A stretch of 60,272 bases of DNA from Parcubacteria group bacterium GW2011_GWA2_36_10 (lineage in GTDB: Bacteria > Patescibacteriota > Patescibacteriia > UBA1558 > GWA2-36-10). The stretch is taken from NCBI GenBank assembly GCA_000991205.1, contig LBRC01000004.1:1-60272 (forward strand), given 5' to 3'. A program made the translations under genes and the position numbers. Numbering within the stretch: the stretch's first letter is position 1; every line of letters starts with the position of its first letter. Positions 19,089 through 28,962 of the stretch are shown piece after piece. The notes below the pieces were generated by a model. That model did not search any database, was not told the origin of the DNA, and was given only the letters and a program-made list of their open reading frames with translations.

Positions 19089-19790
19089 ATGTTAGCCATT
19101 CAAAAAGAATTAAAAAAATATTCTAGTTCTAAAAAAGTAGAAATTCTACAAAGATTTTTTAAAACAAATACAGGAGAGTATGGAGAAGGAGATAAATTTA
19201 TCGGCATTGTGGTGCCAGATATCCGCAAAGTCGTTAAACAAAATACAGCCTTATCTTTAAATGAAATAGTTATTTTATTACATTCACCAGTTCACGAAGA
19301 GCGTTTATGCGCTTTATTGATTTTAGTTACTCAATATAAAGTAGGGGATATAAAAAAGAAGAAACAAATTTTTCAGGTTTATTTAAAAAATACTAAATAT
19401 ATTAATAATTGGGATTTAGTTGATCTGACAGCACCAAATATCGTCGGTGCTTATTTGCGTGACAAGCCAAAAGATATTTTATCTAAATTAGCCAAGAGTA
19501 AAAATCTCTGGCAAAAGCGAATTGCAATTTTAGCAACTTTCGATGATATTTATCATAAAAAATCTGAAGAGACTTTGAAAATCGCAAAAATTTTATTGCA
19601 CGACAAGCATGATTTGATTCATAAAGCAGTCGGCTGGATGCTTAGAGAAGTGGGGAAGCGAGTAGATGAAAAAGTTTTGCTAAAATTTTTAGATGAGCAT
19701 TATAAAACTATGCCGAGAACCATGTTAAGATACGCGATCGAAAGACTATCAGAACCAAAACGTTTGGCTTATCTACGCGGCAAAATTTAG
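19089..19790 (+). CDS. DNA alkylation repair enzyme family protein (AlkD-like HEAT repeats)
   Basis: 233 aa. The pattern LQRFFKT..GEYGEGDKF.GI..P..R, NNWDLVD and WQKRIAILAT matches the DNA alkylation repair family as I remember it. Confidence 0.7.
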   Translation: MLAIQKELKKYSSSKKVEILQRFFKTNTGEYGEGDKFIGIVVPDIRKVVKQNTALSLNEIVILLHSPVHEERLCALLILVTQYKVGDIKKKKQIFQVYLKNTKYINNWDLVDLTAPNIVGAYLRDKPKDILSKLAKSKNLWQKRIAILATFDDIYHKKSEETLKIAKILLHDKHDLIHKAVGWMLREVGKRVDEKVLLKFLDEHYKTMPRTMLRYAIERLSEPKRLAYLRGKI

Positions 19791-19862
19791 CTTGCTAAAA
19801 ATTTAGATAAAAATTATAATATAAGTAGTTATTATCTTTTTAAAAAGAGAGGGGGTGAGAAT

Positions 19863-20075
19863 ATGAAGGGATTTCATATGTTAGCTTGGACTTTATTAAT
19901 AATCGGTGGTTTAAACTGGTTATTGGTTGGTTTATTTGCTTGGGATATAGGCAATTTATTTGGTGGTCAAGCAAATATTATTTCTAGAGTAATTTATATT
20001 TTGGTTGGTTTATCAGCTTTAGTAGAATTATTCACCCACAAAGGATCTTGTAAGCAATGTGACAATAAAATGTAG
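19863..20075 (+). CDS. DUF378 family small membrane protein
   Basis: 70 aa. LIIGGLNWLLVGLF is the characteristic DUF378 motif. A strong RBS GAGGGGGTGAG lies upstream. Confidence 0.7.
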   Translation: MKGFHMLAWTLLIIGGLNWLLVGLFAWDIGNLFGGQANIISRVIYILVGLSALVELFTHKGSCKQCDNKM

Positions 20076-20147
20076 TTTATATAGAATTATTTTAAAACCC
20101 TCCGCTTCGCGGGGGGTTTTTATAATATGCATAAAGAGTTTTTGTTT

Positions 20148-20164
20148 CCCCGCCGAAGGCGGGG
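20148..20164. repeat. GC palindrome CCCCGCC-GAA-GGCGGGG, copy 2
   Basis: Identical to 10198-10214. Confidence 0.85.
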
Positions 20165-20186
20165 AAATGAATGATGAGTGTATTTT

Positions 20187-21497
20187 TTATTCAGCTGCTC
20201 CACCCATCACTCGGATTGGGCCGCCACCGTTGTCTTGATTTTGCGCTTGATCAATGATGTCTTTAGCAAGGGGTATAACCACACTAGTTTTGTATGGATT
20301 GTCTGAATTTTGTGGATTTAAAATCGGGAAGACTAAAGCAGGTACTAATAATTCATCGTTAATATTATTTTTGTATTGCCAAGTGCGGACATATTGGAGC
20401 TTTGGGGTGCCGACTGGAATCTCTACGATTTTAGTATCAGTTTCTTGATAGTTATAATAAGGATAAATACTGCCGTTTCGTAAGAGTTTTAAAATTTTTT
20501 CTTTATCGGTTTCCATTTTATAGTTTGAGCTTTGGTAGTTTTGGGTATTTAAATTATAAAGGGAGCTAACTTTATTAAATTCTAAATTGACATTTAGTTG
20601 TAAGCCTTGTTTATTACCCCAATCATCATATATTTGTTTGCCGTCAAGTAAGAGTGGATAAATCACTGAAACACTATTAGAAACTGGATAGATGCTAGAT
20701 ACAGCAGTATCTTCTGCCTTAGCCATCGGTAGCATGAGGTTGTAGTTATTTTTCTGGACTTCTGGCTGGCCATAAAGTTTAGCATCGATGTCGTGTTCGG
20801 CTAAAAAATTATCAGTTAAAGCAATGATAGCATCGTCAGCTGGGATATCAGTATTTTTGAATTCGCGAGGAGCATAGTTTGTATCGTACCATTTTGCCCA
20901 GTTTTCACTCAAAGAAATACTACCTTCAAAAAGATTAATATAAAGTGAATAGCCAAATTTTTTGTCTTGAACAATATTAAAATTATTCAATCCAGCATCA
21001 GCAAAGCTATTTAAATTTAATAAGCCTAGATTAAAGTTACCAAAATTATTTTTCGCATTTTCGCCCCCGCCTTGACTTGGCGAGGCAGGTTTGATTCTTT
21101 TTAAAACAGCTAATTCTTCATCGTTTAAACTAAATTCATCACCTTGATAAACATATTGATAATAAGTTGGTTGATAGATCAGCATACTGTCTGGGGCGAT
21201 CATTTTGCCATCAACAGCCCCACCAGCATTAGTGGCATTAGGCATAGCCACAGCCACGCCATTTCTTTGGCTATTACTTTCGGTTAGATTTTGATCGCCA
21301 CTGACCGCTTGGTAAGTTAAAGAGCCAAAAGCTTCAGCGGCTACTTTTTTGATGTTTAAACTCAAACCATTTTGATCTAGGGGATTATTATTATTGTCTG
21401 TTGGTTGATTAGTGTTTGGTTTTTGCCAAGTCATCACAGCATAAACTATGATCAAAACTAGCACCAAAGTAGCCAGAAGATAACGTGTATTTTTCAT
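20187..21497 (-). CDS. Hypothetical secreted or anchored protein
   Basis: 436 aa with an N-terminal signal anchor (YLLATLVLVLIIVYAV). Asn-rich. No family was recognised. Confidence 0.6.
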   Translation of the reverse strand: MKNTRYLLATLVLVLIIVYAVMTWQKPNTNQPTDNNNNPLDQNGLSLNIKKVAAEAFGSLTYQAVSGDQNLTESNSQRNGVAVAMPNATNAGGAVDGKMIAPDSMLIYQPTYYQYVYQGDEFSLNDEELAVLKRIKPASPSQGGGENAKNNFGNFNLGLLNLNSFADAGLNNFNIVQDKKFGYSLYINLFEGSISLSENWAKWYDTNYAPREFKNTDIPADDAIIALTDNFLAEHDIDAKLYGQPEVQKNNYNLMLPMAKAEDTAVSSIYPVSNSVSVIYPLLLDGKQIYDDWGNKQGLQLNVNLEFNKVSSLYNLNTQNYQSSNYKMETDKEKILKLLRNGSIYPYYNYQETDTKIVEIPVGTPKLQYVRTWQYKNNINDELLVPALVFPILNPQNSDNPYKTSVVIPLAKDIIDQAQNQDNGGGPIRVMGGAAE

Positions 21498-21509
21498 ATA
21501 TTTTTTTTC

Positions 21510-21548
21510 ATGACCTCGAAGGTCACCTCGCAGGTGACCTTCGAGGTC
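21510..21548. repeat. Long GC hairpin GACCTCGAAGGTCACC-TCGC-AGGTGACCTTCGAGGTC
   Basis: About 17-bp stem sharing the GACCTCGAAGGT core with 4819 and 29108. It lies just upstream of the start of the minus-strand gene 20187..21497. Confidence 0.8.
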
Positions 21549-21730
21549 GTTTGGTTCATTTTTTAACTTTGGTTTATTCCCTGATCCCCGCGTATGCGGG
21601 GAAAGCGGGGGATGAACTACTACTTATTATATTATAGTTTGGCTAAAAAGCCAATAAAAAAGCAAGGGGTGGTTTTTTTATCAGCTATTTGTTAAACTAA
21701 TCAATAGTTAAGCACCTAAATTCCGGGGCT

Positions 21731-22003
21731 ATGCTTAAAAATTTACAAATCAAAGTATCCGGTCGAGTGCAAGGTGTTGGTTTTAGATATTTTGCGAAGT
21801 GCCAAGCAGAAAAATTAAACATCAAGGGCTTTGTCCAAAATCAGACAGATGATTCGGTTTATTTAGAAGTCGAACAAGAGTCAGCGGTTTTAGACAAATT
21901 TATCGCTTGGTGTAAAAATGGTTCTCCTTGGTCAAAGGTAAAAAGTATCGATGTGAAAGTTGGTGAGGTGAAAAATCACAGCCAATTCATCATCGAAGTC
22001 TAA
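21731..22003 (+). CDS. acyP: Acylphosphatase
   Basis: 90 aa carrying the signature VSGRVQGVGFRYF and GFVQN..D.SV. Confidence 0.85.
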   Translation: MLKNLQIKVSGRVQGVGFRYFAKCQAEKLNIKGFVQNQTDDSVYLEVEQESAVLDKFIAWCKNGSPWSKVKSIDVKVGEVKNHSQFIIEV

Positions 22004-22106
22004 AATCAATGTTTTGGAAAATTTGATCCTTAAGTCGTAGGGTTTGTTTTAGCGCCTCAATAATTTTTTAAAAAATATCATAAATAATTTAATCTATAAA
22101 CAAACT

Positions 22107-22853
22107 ATGAAATTAGAAAATAAAATCGCCCTTATTACTGGGTCAAGTCGCGGTATTGGTAGAGCTACTGCTTTATTATTTGCTAAAGAGGGTGCTAAGG
22201 TTGTGGTTAATTATATCAAAAATGAAACAGCTGCTAAGCAGGTGGTGGAAGAAATAAAGAAAAATGGTGGCGAAGCTATTGCTATGCAAGCTGATGTTTC
22301 AGAGGAAAACCAAGTCAAACAAATGGTTGAAAAAGTTATTGAACGATTTGGTAAAATTGACATCTTAGTCAATAATGCTGGTATTGTTTTTGATGTACCT
22401 TTTAAAGAACGAACAGTAGATCAGTGGAGACAGACTTTAAATGTGAATTTAATCGGGACTTTTTTATGTTCTAAATATATTTCTGAGCTTATGTTAAAAA
22501 ATAATTATGGCAGAATTGTAAATATTTCATCTACCAATGGTATCGATAGTTTAAATCCAGAGTCTATAGATTATGATACTTCAAAAGCTGGAGTGATTAG
22601 TTTAACAAAAAATTTAGCTACTGAATTAGCGCCAGTTATTCGTGTCAACTCGGTTGCTCCTGGCTGGGTAGATACAGATATAAACAAAGATCTGCCAAAA
22701 GATTTTGTTAAAAGTGAAACGGACAAAATTTTGCTTGGTAGATTTGCTAGACCCGAAGAAATAGCAAAAGCTGTTTTATTTCTAGTATCTGACGACGTTA
22801 GTTTTATTACCGGAGTCACTCTTATTGTTGATGGCGGCTACTTAAGTAAGTAA
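22107..22853 (+). CDS. Short-chain dehydrogenase/reductase, FabG-like
   Basis: TGSSRGIGRA cofactor motif, NNAG, and catalytic S...YDTSK. 248 aa. Confidence 0.85.
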   Translation: MKLENKIALITGSSRGIGRATALLFAKEGAKVVVNYIKNETAAKQVVEEIKKNGGEAIAMQADVSEENQVKQMVEKVIERFGKIDILVNNAGIVFDVPFKERTVDQWRQTLNVNLIGTFLCSKYISELMLKNNYGRIVNISSTNGIDSLNPESIDYDTSKAGVISLTKNLATELAPVIRVNSVAPGWVDTDINKDLPKDFVKSETDKILLGRFARPEEIAKAVLFLVSDDVSFITGVTLIVDGGYLSK

Positions 22854-22922
22854 CTAACAGTCTATTTATACCCCGCCCCGCGACGCGGGGCGGGAGGGGA
22901 ACTTAAAATAAATATAAAAAAC

Positions 22923-23705
22923 ATGAAGACGAATCGTCGAATAAAGGTAGATAAAATTATTATGTTTTTATGGCCAATCATAGCTGCTATTGTTTCATTG
23001 GTCATACAAGCAAATTTTTTTATTTCCATGCTATTATTTTTAGCTTTACCAGCTTTATATTTATCTTATAGAAATAAAAAAATGGTTAAGAAAATGTTAC
23101 TTTTTTCTTTGCCAGCTTTACTGATTGTCATTGTGATTGATTACATTTGTGAAATTACCGGCACTTGGCTAGTGATGAACTCAATTTTTGATTACCGAAT
23201 ACTTGGTTTTGTTACCATTGATATAATCATTTGGTTTTTTATTTATACTTATTTAATCATTGCTTATTATGAATACTTTTTAGAGCATAAATTTAAAGAT
23301 GTGCTTTATAAACCAAGATTAAAATATTTATATTTATATTTTTTATCTGTTTTAGTTACATTTTTTGTAGTTTTTTTTACAAATAAAGCGTGGTTACATA
23401 TTAGATATTTTTATTTATTATTTGGAACTGTGATGGCTATTATACCAATCACTTTAGTATTTAATAAATTTCCTAACATTATTACAAAATTTGTAAAAAC
23501 TGGTGTTTACTTTTTTTATTTAGCCATTATATATGAATTGACCGCTATTACTTTAAATCAATGGATGTTTCCCGGCAAAGATTTTATCGGCATTGTTACT
23601 TTATTTAACATTTCTTTCCCTTTTGAGGAATTATTTTTTTGGATGTTGCTCGGAGCAATGTCAATTTTATCTTATTATGAATTTTTTGATGACGATAAAA
23701 AATAA
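22923..23705 (+). CDS. Polytopic membrane protein, possibly lycopene-cyclase-domain type
   Basis: 260 aa with about 7 TM segments. The PFEELFFW motif resembles the PxEE motif of CrtYc/d-type domains. The assignment is weak. Confidence 0.4.
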   Translation: MKTNRRIKVDKIIMFLWPIIAAIVSLVIQANFFISMLLFLALPALYLSYRNKKMVKKMLLFSLPALLIVIVIDYICEITGTWLVMNSIFDYRILGFVTIDIIIWFFIYTYLIIAYYEYFLEHKFKDVLYKPRLKYLYLYFLSVLVTFFVVFFTNKAWLHIRYFYLLFGTVMAIIPITLVFNKFPNIITKFVKTGVYFFYLAIIYELTAITLNQWMFPGKDFIGIVTLFNISFPFEELFFWMLLGAMSILSYYEFFDDDKK

Positions 23706-23718
23706 TTTAATATAATAT

Positions 23719-24483
23719 ATGCCAAATTTAAAAATAATCTCTTGGAACGTCAACGGTATCAGGGCAGTGGTCAAAAAAGGTTTTGTGCAATTTTTAAAAA
23801 AATATCAGCCAGATATTTTGTGCGTGCAAGAAATAAAGATTTCTGAAACAGCCCGTGCCAAAGAGGTTTTTGATTTTGCTGGTTACCAAGAATTTTGGCA
23901 TCCGGCTATCAGACCTGGTTATAGTGGCACAGCTTGTCTTGTGAAAGATAATTTGAAAGTAGAAAGGTTAAGCGATTTAGCTTGGGATGACGAAGGTCGG
24001 ATTTTGATTTTAGACATCGGCAAATATTATTTAGCCAATATTTATTTTCCTAATGCTAACCATGAATTATCTCGCTTAGATTTTAAAATAAAATTTAGTG
24101 ATAAATTATTAGCGCACTTAAAAAAACTAGAAACAAAAAAACCAGTAATTGTCACTGGAGATTTAAATGTCGCGCATAATGAAATAGATTTGGCTCGTCC
24201 TAAAGATAATATTGGTAATCCCGGCTTTACTCAAGAAGAAAGAGACTGGATGAATAAATTTTTAAATTCAGGTTTCAAAGATACTTTTCGTGAGCTACAT
24301 CCACAAACTGTCAAATATTCTTGGTGGTCTTATCGAGCGGGTGCAAGAGAAAGAAATGTTGGTTGGCGCATAGATTATTTTTGTGTATCTCAAAATATTT
24401 TAAAAAATATTGAACAAGCAGTAATTTTACCAGAAGTCTTGGGTTCTGATCACTGCCCAGTCGGCGTCTCACTAAAGATATAA
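23719..24483 (+). CDS. xth: Exodeoxyribonuclease III (AP endonuclease)
   Basis: ISWNVNGIRA, CVQEIK, GDLNVAH and SDHCPV motifs. 254 aa. Confidence 0.9.
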   Translation: MPNLKIISWNVNGIRAVVKKGFVQFLKKYQPDILCVQEIKISETARAKEVFDFAGYQEFWHPAIRPGYSGTACLVKDNLKVERLSDLAWDDEGRILILDIGKYYLANIYFPNANHELSRLDFKIKFSDKLLAHLKKLETKKPVIVTGDLNVAHNEIDLARPKDNIGNPGFTQEERDWMNKFLNSGFKDTFRELHPQTVKYSWWSYRAGARERNVGWRIDYFCVSQNILKNIEQAVILPEVLGSDHCPVGVSLKI

Positions 24484-24514
24484 GAGGCCCATTCGACTTC
24501 GCTCAGGGCGGCCT

Positions 24515-25525
24515 TTATTTTTGAAAGATGTAGGCCGGATAATAGTTACGAGCGTTCCATAAAGCCCAGCCCGCTGTTGTTGTGGCGGTCTCTGTGGCTT
24601 CAATTTGGGCGTTTATTTTTGTTTGGTCATAAGTGGCTCCGAGGTCAAAAGCCTGTAGCCACGGCCGAATTTTGCCTCTAGAGATCGGATAAACAAAATC
24701 AAAATATTTTACCGCTTCCGTCAGACGCTGGCCAATACTCAAATCATATTCATCATCAGTGTGATCCATCACTAGGCCAAACATATCGACAGAGATCGGT
24801 ATTTTTTCTGCTAAATTTTCTGCTAAAAATTTATAAAATTCTGACATCACTTGCACACGTGTTTTATTTTCCGGCATGGCGTAGTTTAGATTGGCCATGT
24901 TGCCATCACTCGGATAGCGCATGTAGTCAAAATTAATTTCATCAAAACCTAAACTAATTAATTCTTCGGATATTTTTAGATTATATTCCCAAACCTCTTG
25001 CTTAGCCGGATTGAGCCAAGCTAAATTTTTGTGATCTTGCCAGATATCGCCTTGGAGATTTTTAAAAGCTAAATCTGGTCGAGCATGAGCAAGGACTGGA
25101 TCTTGAAAAACAGTTTGTCTAGCTATCACATATATCCCTGCTTCATGAAAATCAGCTAAAACTTGAGCTACATCTTTTAAGCTATTTTTAGTAGCTTTTA
25201 TTTTTTTTACTTCTGCTACTTGGCTAGCATACAAAATATAGCCAGAGTAATCCTTGACATCGATGACCACAGAATTGATACGACTATTTTTCATAGCCGT
25301 GATAATATTTGCTCTATATTTTTCGGAGCCAGCTGAATTAGCCGTCAAATAAATCGCTCGGACATAATCAGGTTTTATTTTTTTTACTGCTGCTTTTTTA
25401 TTTATTGTCAAAGTAGTCGGATTTTCTATGGATGTTTCTGGTTTGTTTTGTAAAAAAATAAAACAGCCGATAAAAACCATACTTAAAGTTAAAGCAAAAA
25501 TTATGTTCTTATGATTATCTAGCAT
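24515..25525 (-). CDS. Putative glycoside-hydrolase-like TIM-barrel protein (DUF4015-like)
   Basis: 336 aa with a signal anchor. VRAIYLT...INSVVIDVKDYSGY and IRPWLQAF resemble the DUF4015 family. Confidence 0.55.
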   Translation of the reverse strand: MLDNHKNIIFALTLSMVFIGCFIFLQNKPETSIENPTTLTINKKAAVKKIKPDYVRAIYLTANSAGSEKYRANIITAMKNSRINSVVIDVKDYSGYILYASQVAEVKKIKATKNSLKDVAQVLADFHEAGIYVIARQTVFQDPVLAHARPDLAFKNLQGDIWQDHKNLAWLNPAKQEVWEYNLKISEELISLGFDEINFDYMRYPSDGNMANLNYAMPENKTRVQVMSEFYKFLAENLAEKIPISVDMFGLVMDHTDDEYDLSIGQRLTEAVKYFDFVYPISRGKIRPWLQAFDLGATYDQTKINAQIEATETATTTAGWALWNARNYYPAYIFQK

Positions 25526-25596
25526 TAGCTAAAGTATAGCACCAAGGCTTTTGACTTGTCTAAAAGGCATTTTTTATTTATTATTATAGATACTAT

Positions 25597-26808
25597 ATGA
25601 AAAATCCAAAATATCTAGTTTTTATCCTAATCTTAGCCATAATGGCTTTTTTTGCTGGCAAAGTCTTACTTTTTGCTAATAGTGAAGAAAGTGCTAGGCA
25701 AGCAGCTGTCAAAGTTTCACCTGATAATGAGGTGGTTGTTAATATTGAGTCGGGCATGACTTTTTCTGATATTACAGAAGCCGCTGGTGTCTCAAGCTCC
25801 ACCCAAGAATTATTAGCCGCTACTAAAGATGTCTATGATCTAGCTCGGATCAAAGCTGGCAAAAGTATTTTATTTTATTTTGATAAGCAGACTGGTGATT
25901 TTCACAAAATGATTTATCAGACAAATTCAGAAACCGAATTGATTTTAAATAAAGTCAGTGATATTTGGCAGGCGGAATTAAAAACGATTGATTATGAGGT
26001 GAGGATAAAAATAGCCTCTGGGACTATCACTTCTTCTTTTTATCAGTCAGCGCTTGATCAGCATATTGACGAACGCGCTATTATCGAGTTAGCTGATGTC
26101 TTTGCTTGGACAGTAGATTTTGGTATGGGCATTCGGGAAGGCGATACTTATAAGTTTATTTATGAAGAGCGTTATCGTGATGGAGAGTATGTCATACCAG
26201 GAAAAATTTTGGCCGCGGTTTTTAATAATGATGGTCAGGAAAAAGAAGGCTATTATTTTAAAGAAGGGGTAGATGCTGATGGTAGCGAGATAGACGGCTA
26301 TTATAATTTCACCGGTGAATCTTTACAGAAAATGTTTTTGAAAAATCCGGTTAACTTTCGTTACATTAGTTCTGGCTTTACGACAGGCCGTAGATATGTC
26401 GAAGCCTTTAATGTCGCTACCGGACATCGGGCAATCGATTATGCCGCCGCTATCGGTACGCCGATTAGGGCAATTGGTGACGGTGTGGTGACAAATGCCG
26501 GCTGGAGTAGAGCTGGTTATGGTAATTTGACTTCTATTAGACATAATAGTACTTACTCTAGTAATTATGCTCACCAGTCAAAAATTTATGTCAAAGTTGG
26601 CACCAAAGTAAAACAAGGTGATGTGATTGGTGCGGTTGGTTCCACTGGTTTTTCGACTGGCCCGCATTTGCATTTTGAAATCGTACAAAATGGTACTAAA
26701 ATAAATCCCTTGACTTTAGACATGCCTTCAGAAAAAAATCTTAGCAAAGATAAAATAGCAGAATTTTTGGAGAGTATTAAAGATTGGCAAAAACAATTAC
26801 ATGAATAA
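25597..26808 (+). CDS. M23 family metallopeptidase (peptidoglycan endopeptidase)
   Basis: HRAIDYAAAIGTPIRA and GSTGFSTGPHLHFEI zinc motifs, with an N-terminal anchor. Confidence 0.85.
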   Translation: MKNPKYLVFILILAIMAFFAGKVLLFANSEESARQAAVKVSPDNEVVVNIESGMTFSDITEAAGVSSSTQELLAATKDVYDLARIKAGKSILFYFDKQTGDFHKMIYQTNSETELILNKVSDIWQAELKTIDYEVRIKIASGTITSSFYQSALDQHIDERAIIELADVFAWTVDFGMGIREGDTYKFIYEERYRDGEYVIPGKILAAVFNNDGQEKEGYYFKEGVDADGSEIDGYYNFTGESLQKMFLKNPVNFRYISSGFTTGRRYVEAFNVATGHRAIDYAAAIGTPIRAIGDGVVTNAGWSRAGYGNLTSIRHNSTYSSNYAHQSKIYVKVGTKVKQGDVIGAVGSTGFSTGPHLHFEIVQNGTKINPLTLDMPSEKNLSKDKIAEFLESIKDWQKQLHE

Positions 26809-27004
26809 ACCAGAACAAGTAGTTAGTCGTCGCATGTGGACTTTGTCTTATCGTTTAAAAGGCCTGAGTTTTGCTATCGTGGCTGTTATTATTTTTTCGC
26901 AATTTTATTTAGACTATTATTCAAAATTTCTTTTTATCACAGCAGGCATTGCTGGTTATTTAGTTGGTTGGCTATGGGGGACTTGGACTTATCAAAAAAA
27001 ATAG
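26801..27004 (+). CDS. Small membrane protein
   Basis: 67 aa with two hydrophobic segments. It overlaps the M23 gene stop by 8 nt. Confidence 0.4.
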   Translation: MNKPEQVVSRRMWTLSYRLKGLSFAIVAVIIFSQFYLDYYSKFLFITAGIAGYLVGWLWGTWTYQKK

Positions 27005-27073
27005 TCTCCGAGATAAACTCGGGGCAAGTTTTGGTTTGTTTATTTTGCCAAAATTCGCTATAATAAGCCTTGT

Positions 27074-27716
27074 ATGGGACGAGTAATAGCGATCGTCAAT
27101 CAAAAAGGTGGAGTGGGCAAAACCACGACCACTGTTAATTTAGCTGCTTATTTAGCTGAGGCTGGTAAGCGTGTTTTAGTGATAGATATTGACCCCCAGG
27201 GCAATGCTTCATCTGGTTTTGGCTTTGACACCAAGATTTTAACCCAAGGCCTTTATGAAGTCTTATTAGAGCCCCAGACCACTGTCCAGCAAGTCGTCAA
27301 GGCTCATAGTGATAATCTACACCTTTTACCTTCCACACCAGACTTGGCTGGTGCGGCCATTGATCTAGTCGGCCAACATAATAGAGAGTTTCGTTTGCGA
27401 GAAAATTTAAGAGAGGTGATCGATCTCTATGATTTTATTTTGATCGATAATCCGCCGTCTTTAGGCTTGCTGACTATCAATGGCTTAGTGGCCGCTAACA
27501 GTTTTGACTATGCATGACTCCAGAAATAAATTATCGCAAGCAGTTTTTGAAGAAATTTATCGTCACTTTCCGCATAAAATTTTTCGCTCGGTTATCCCGC
27601 GCAATGTCAAACTAGCCGAAGCACCGTCTTTTGGAAAAACTATCAGAGACTATGATCAGGGCTCACCAGGCGCTAGAGCTTATCGTCGTTTATCACAAGA
27701 AATCATCATTAGTTAA
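27074..27716 (+). pseudogene. parA: ParA/Soj ATPase, disrupted by an internal deletion plus frameshift
   Basis: The N-terminal part (27074..27517) has the deviant Walker A NQKGGVGKTTT up to LLTINGLVAANS. The C-terminal part, in another frame (27504..27716), resumes at LTMHDSRNKL...IPRNVKLAEAPSFG. About 38 conserved residues between the two are missing. Confidence 0.8.
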
Positions 27717-27730
27717 AAATACAAACAAAT

Positions 27731-28469
27731 ATGTCAAGTTTAGGCAGAGGTTTGGGGTCATTGATCCCTAATAAAAAAATAAGCTACGCAGAAGATGTAA
27801 ATACGGCAGCAGCTCAAGATCAAGATAAAATAAGTGGTGAAAGAATTCAATACATTGATGTTAATTTGATCAAAACGAAAGCGTCGTCTACGCGCCGCGA
27901 AATTATTAAATATGTCTGAAGTGCCAGTGATAGTCCGCTTGGCTTCTGATAAAGATAAGCTAGAATTATCCATCATTGAAAACGTCCAGCGTCATAATCT
28001 CAATCCCTTAGAGGAAGCCGAGAGCTATCGTCGGCTAGAAGAGGAGTTTGGTCTGACTCGTGAGCAAATTTCTGAACAGGTAGGACGCAGTGCCGCCACA
28101 GTAGCTCAATATTTACGTATTTTAAAATTACCGATTGTGATCCAAGAAGCTTTACGAGACAACCAAATCACTTTTTCTCATGCCAAAGCCATCGTCGGCT
28201 ATCCCAGTAAACTGGAGCAGATAAAAATCTTTAAAAAGATTTTAGACAGCAATCTTAGCGTCCATCAGCTAGAAGATCTTGGTAAAAAGAAGGCTGATAA
28301 AATAAAAGAAGAAGCCGCCAAAGATCCGATCCTTACTTCTTGGGAAGATAGACTAAGCCGTAATCTAGGAGCTAAAGTGAAGATCATGAAACATGCTGAT
28401 AAAGGCTCAATCAAAATAGACTTTTTCTCGCATGAAGAATTAAGAAATATTTTAGAGAAATTAAGTTAG
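27731..28469 (+). pseudogene. parB: ParB/Spo0J, disrupted by an internal deletion plus frameshift
   Basis: GRGLGSLI N-terminus in one frame. From about 27873 a second frame reads KRKRRLRAAKLLNMSEVPVIVR...ENVQRHNLNPLEEA and the HTH. The ParB box I / QPR region and the block before GERR are missing. Confidence 0.8.
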
Positions 28470-28551
28470 TAACTTTTTATAAAATACCCCTGCGGGGGTA
28501 TTTTATTTTATCTAATATTAGACTAAATATAGTCTTTATTGCATAAAATAC

Positions 28552-28580
28552 TTGACAATACTATGAATATATGATATATT
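28552..28580 (+). promoter_or_regulatory. Consensus-like sigma70 promoter of cassette B
   Basis: TTGACA (28552-28557), 17-nt spacer, TATATT (28575-28580). Confidence 0.7.
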
Positions 28581-28626
28581 GCACAGTTCCTTAACCACCA
28601 AGAATTTTATTTGGAGGACAAACAAG

Positions 28627-28962
28627 ATGTTGACGGTTGAGAACGCTCAAATCATCCTTGACCAGCTCGTGAATGATTTGGCACAGATGCGTAACCCTGG
28701 TCATCTAGTTCACGCCAGTGAAGCTCTTCGATGGGCATTTTGTGGGTGCAGGATTCGGAGAGAATTCCTGGAGGTACTGCAACATCGCGTCAAAATTGTT
28801 AGCTGGGGGTCTGTCAGAGTCGAAGAGTTGCCAGTTTTAGATGCACTTTTGCCTGCAAAGGGTCCAGGTGTTTATCTGAACTTGGTCAGCCTTGATAGCA
28901 ATTGTCAGATCAAGTTTCATTTCGGTCCCTATGACACGCCCGTTCGTTTCATCAAGGATTAA
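28627..28962 (+). CDS. Orphan 111-aa protein in a GC3-rich cassette (B)
   Basis: ATG at 28627 lies 8 nt after GGAGGA (the ORF track starts at TTG 28579, which overlaps the -10 box). Foreign codon usage. An imperfect inverted repeat at 28598-28609 / 28960-28971 brackets the ORF. No family was recognised. Confidence 0.6.
   Translation: MLTVENAQIILDQLVNDLAQMRNPGHLVHASEALRWAFCGCRIRREFLEVLQHRVKIVSWGSVRVEELPVLDALLPAKGPGVYLNLVSLDSNCQIKFHFGPYDTPVRFIKD

Noticed and set aside
24560-24720. Possible sixth internal deletion, in the DUF4015-like gene (…FDFVYPISRGKIRPWLQAF).
   Set aside because: My memory of this family's conserved spacing is too weak to support the claim. I left it out of the deletion set.
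26836-27063. 75-aa ORF overlapping 26801..27004 in another frame.
   Set aside because: Only one of the two can reasonably be real. 26801..27004 is translationally coupled to the M23 gene and has clearer TM segments. Neither is strongly supported.
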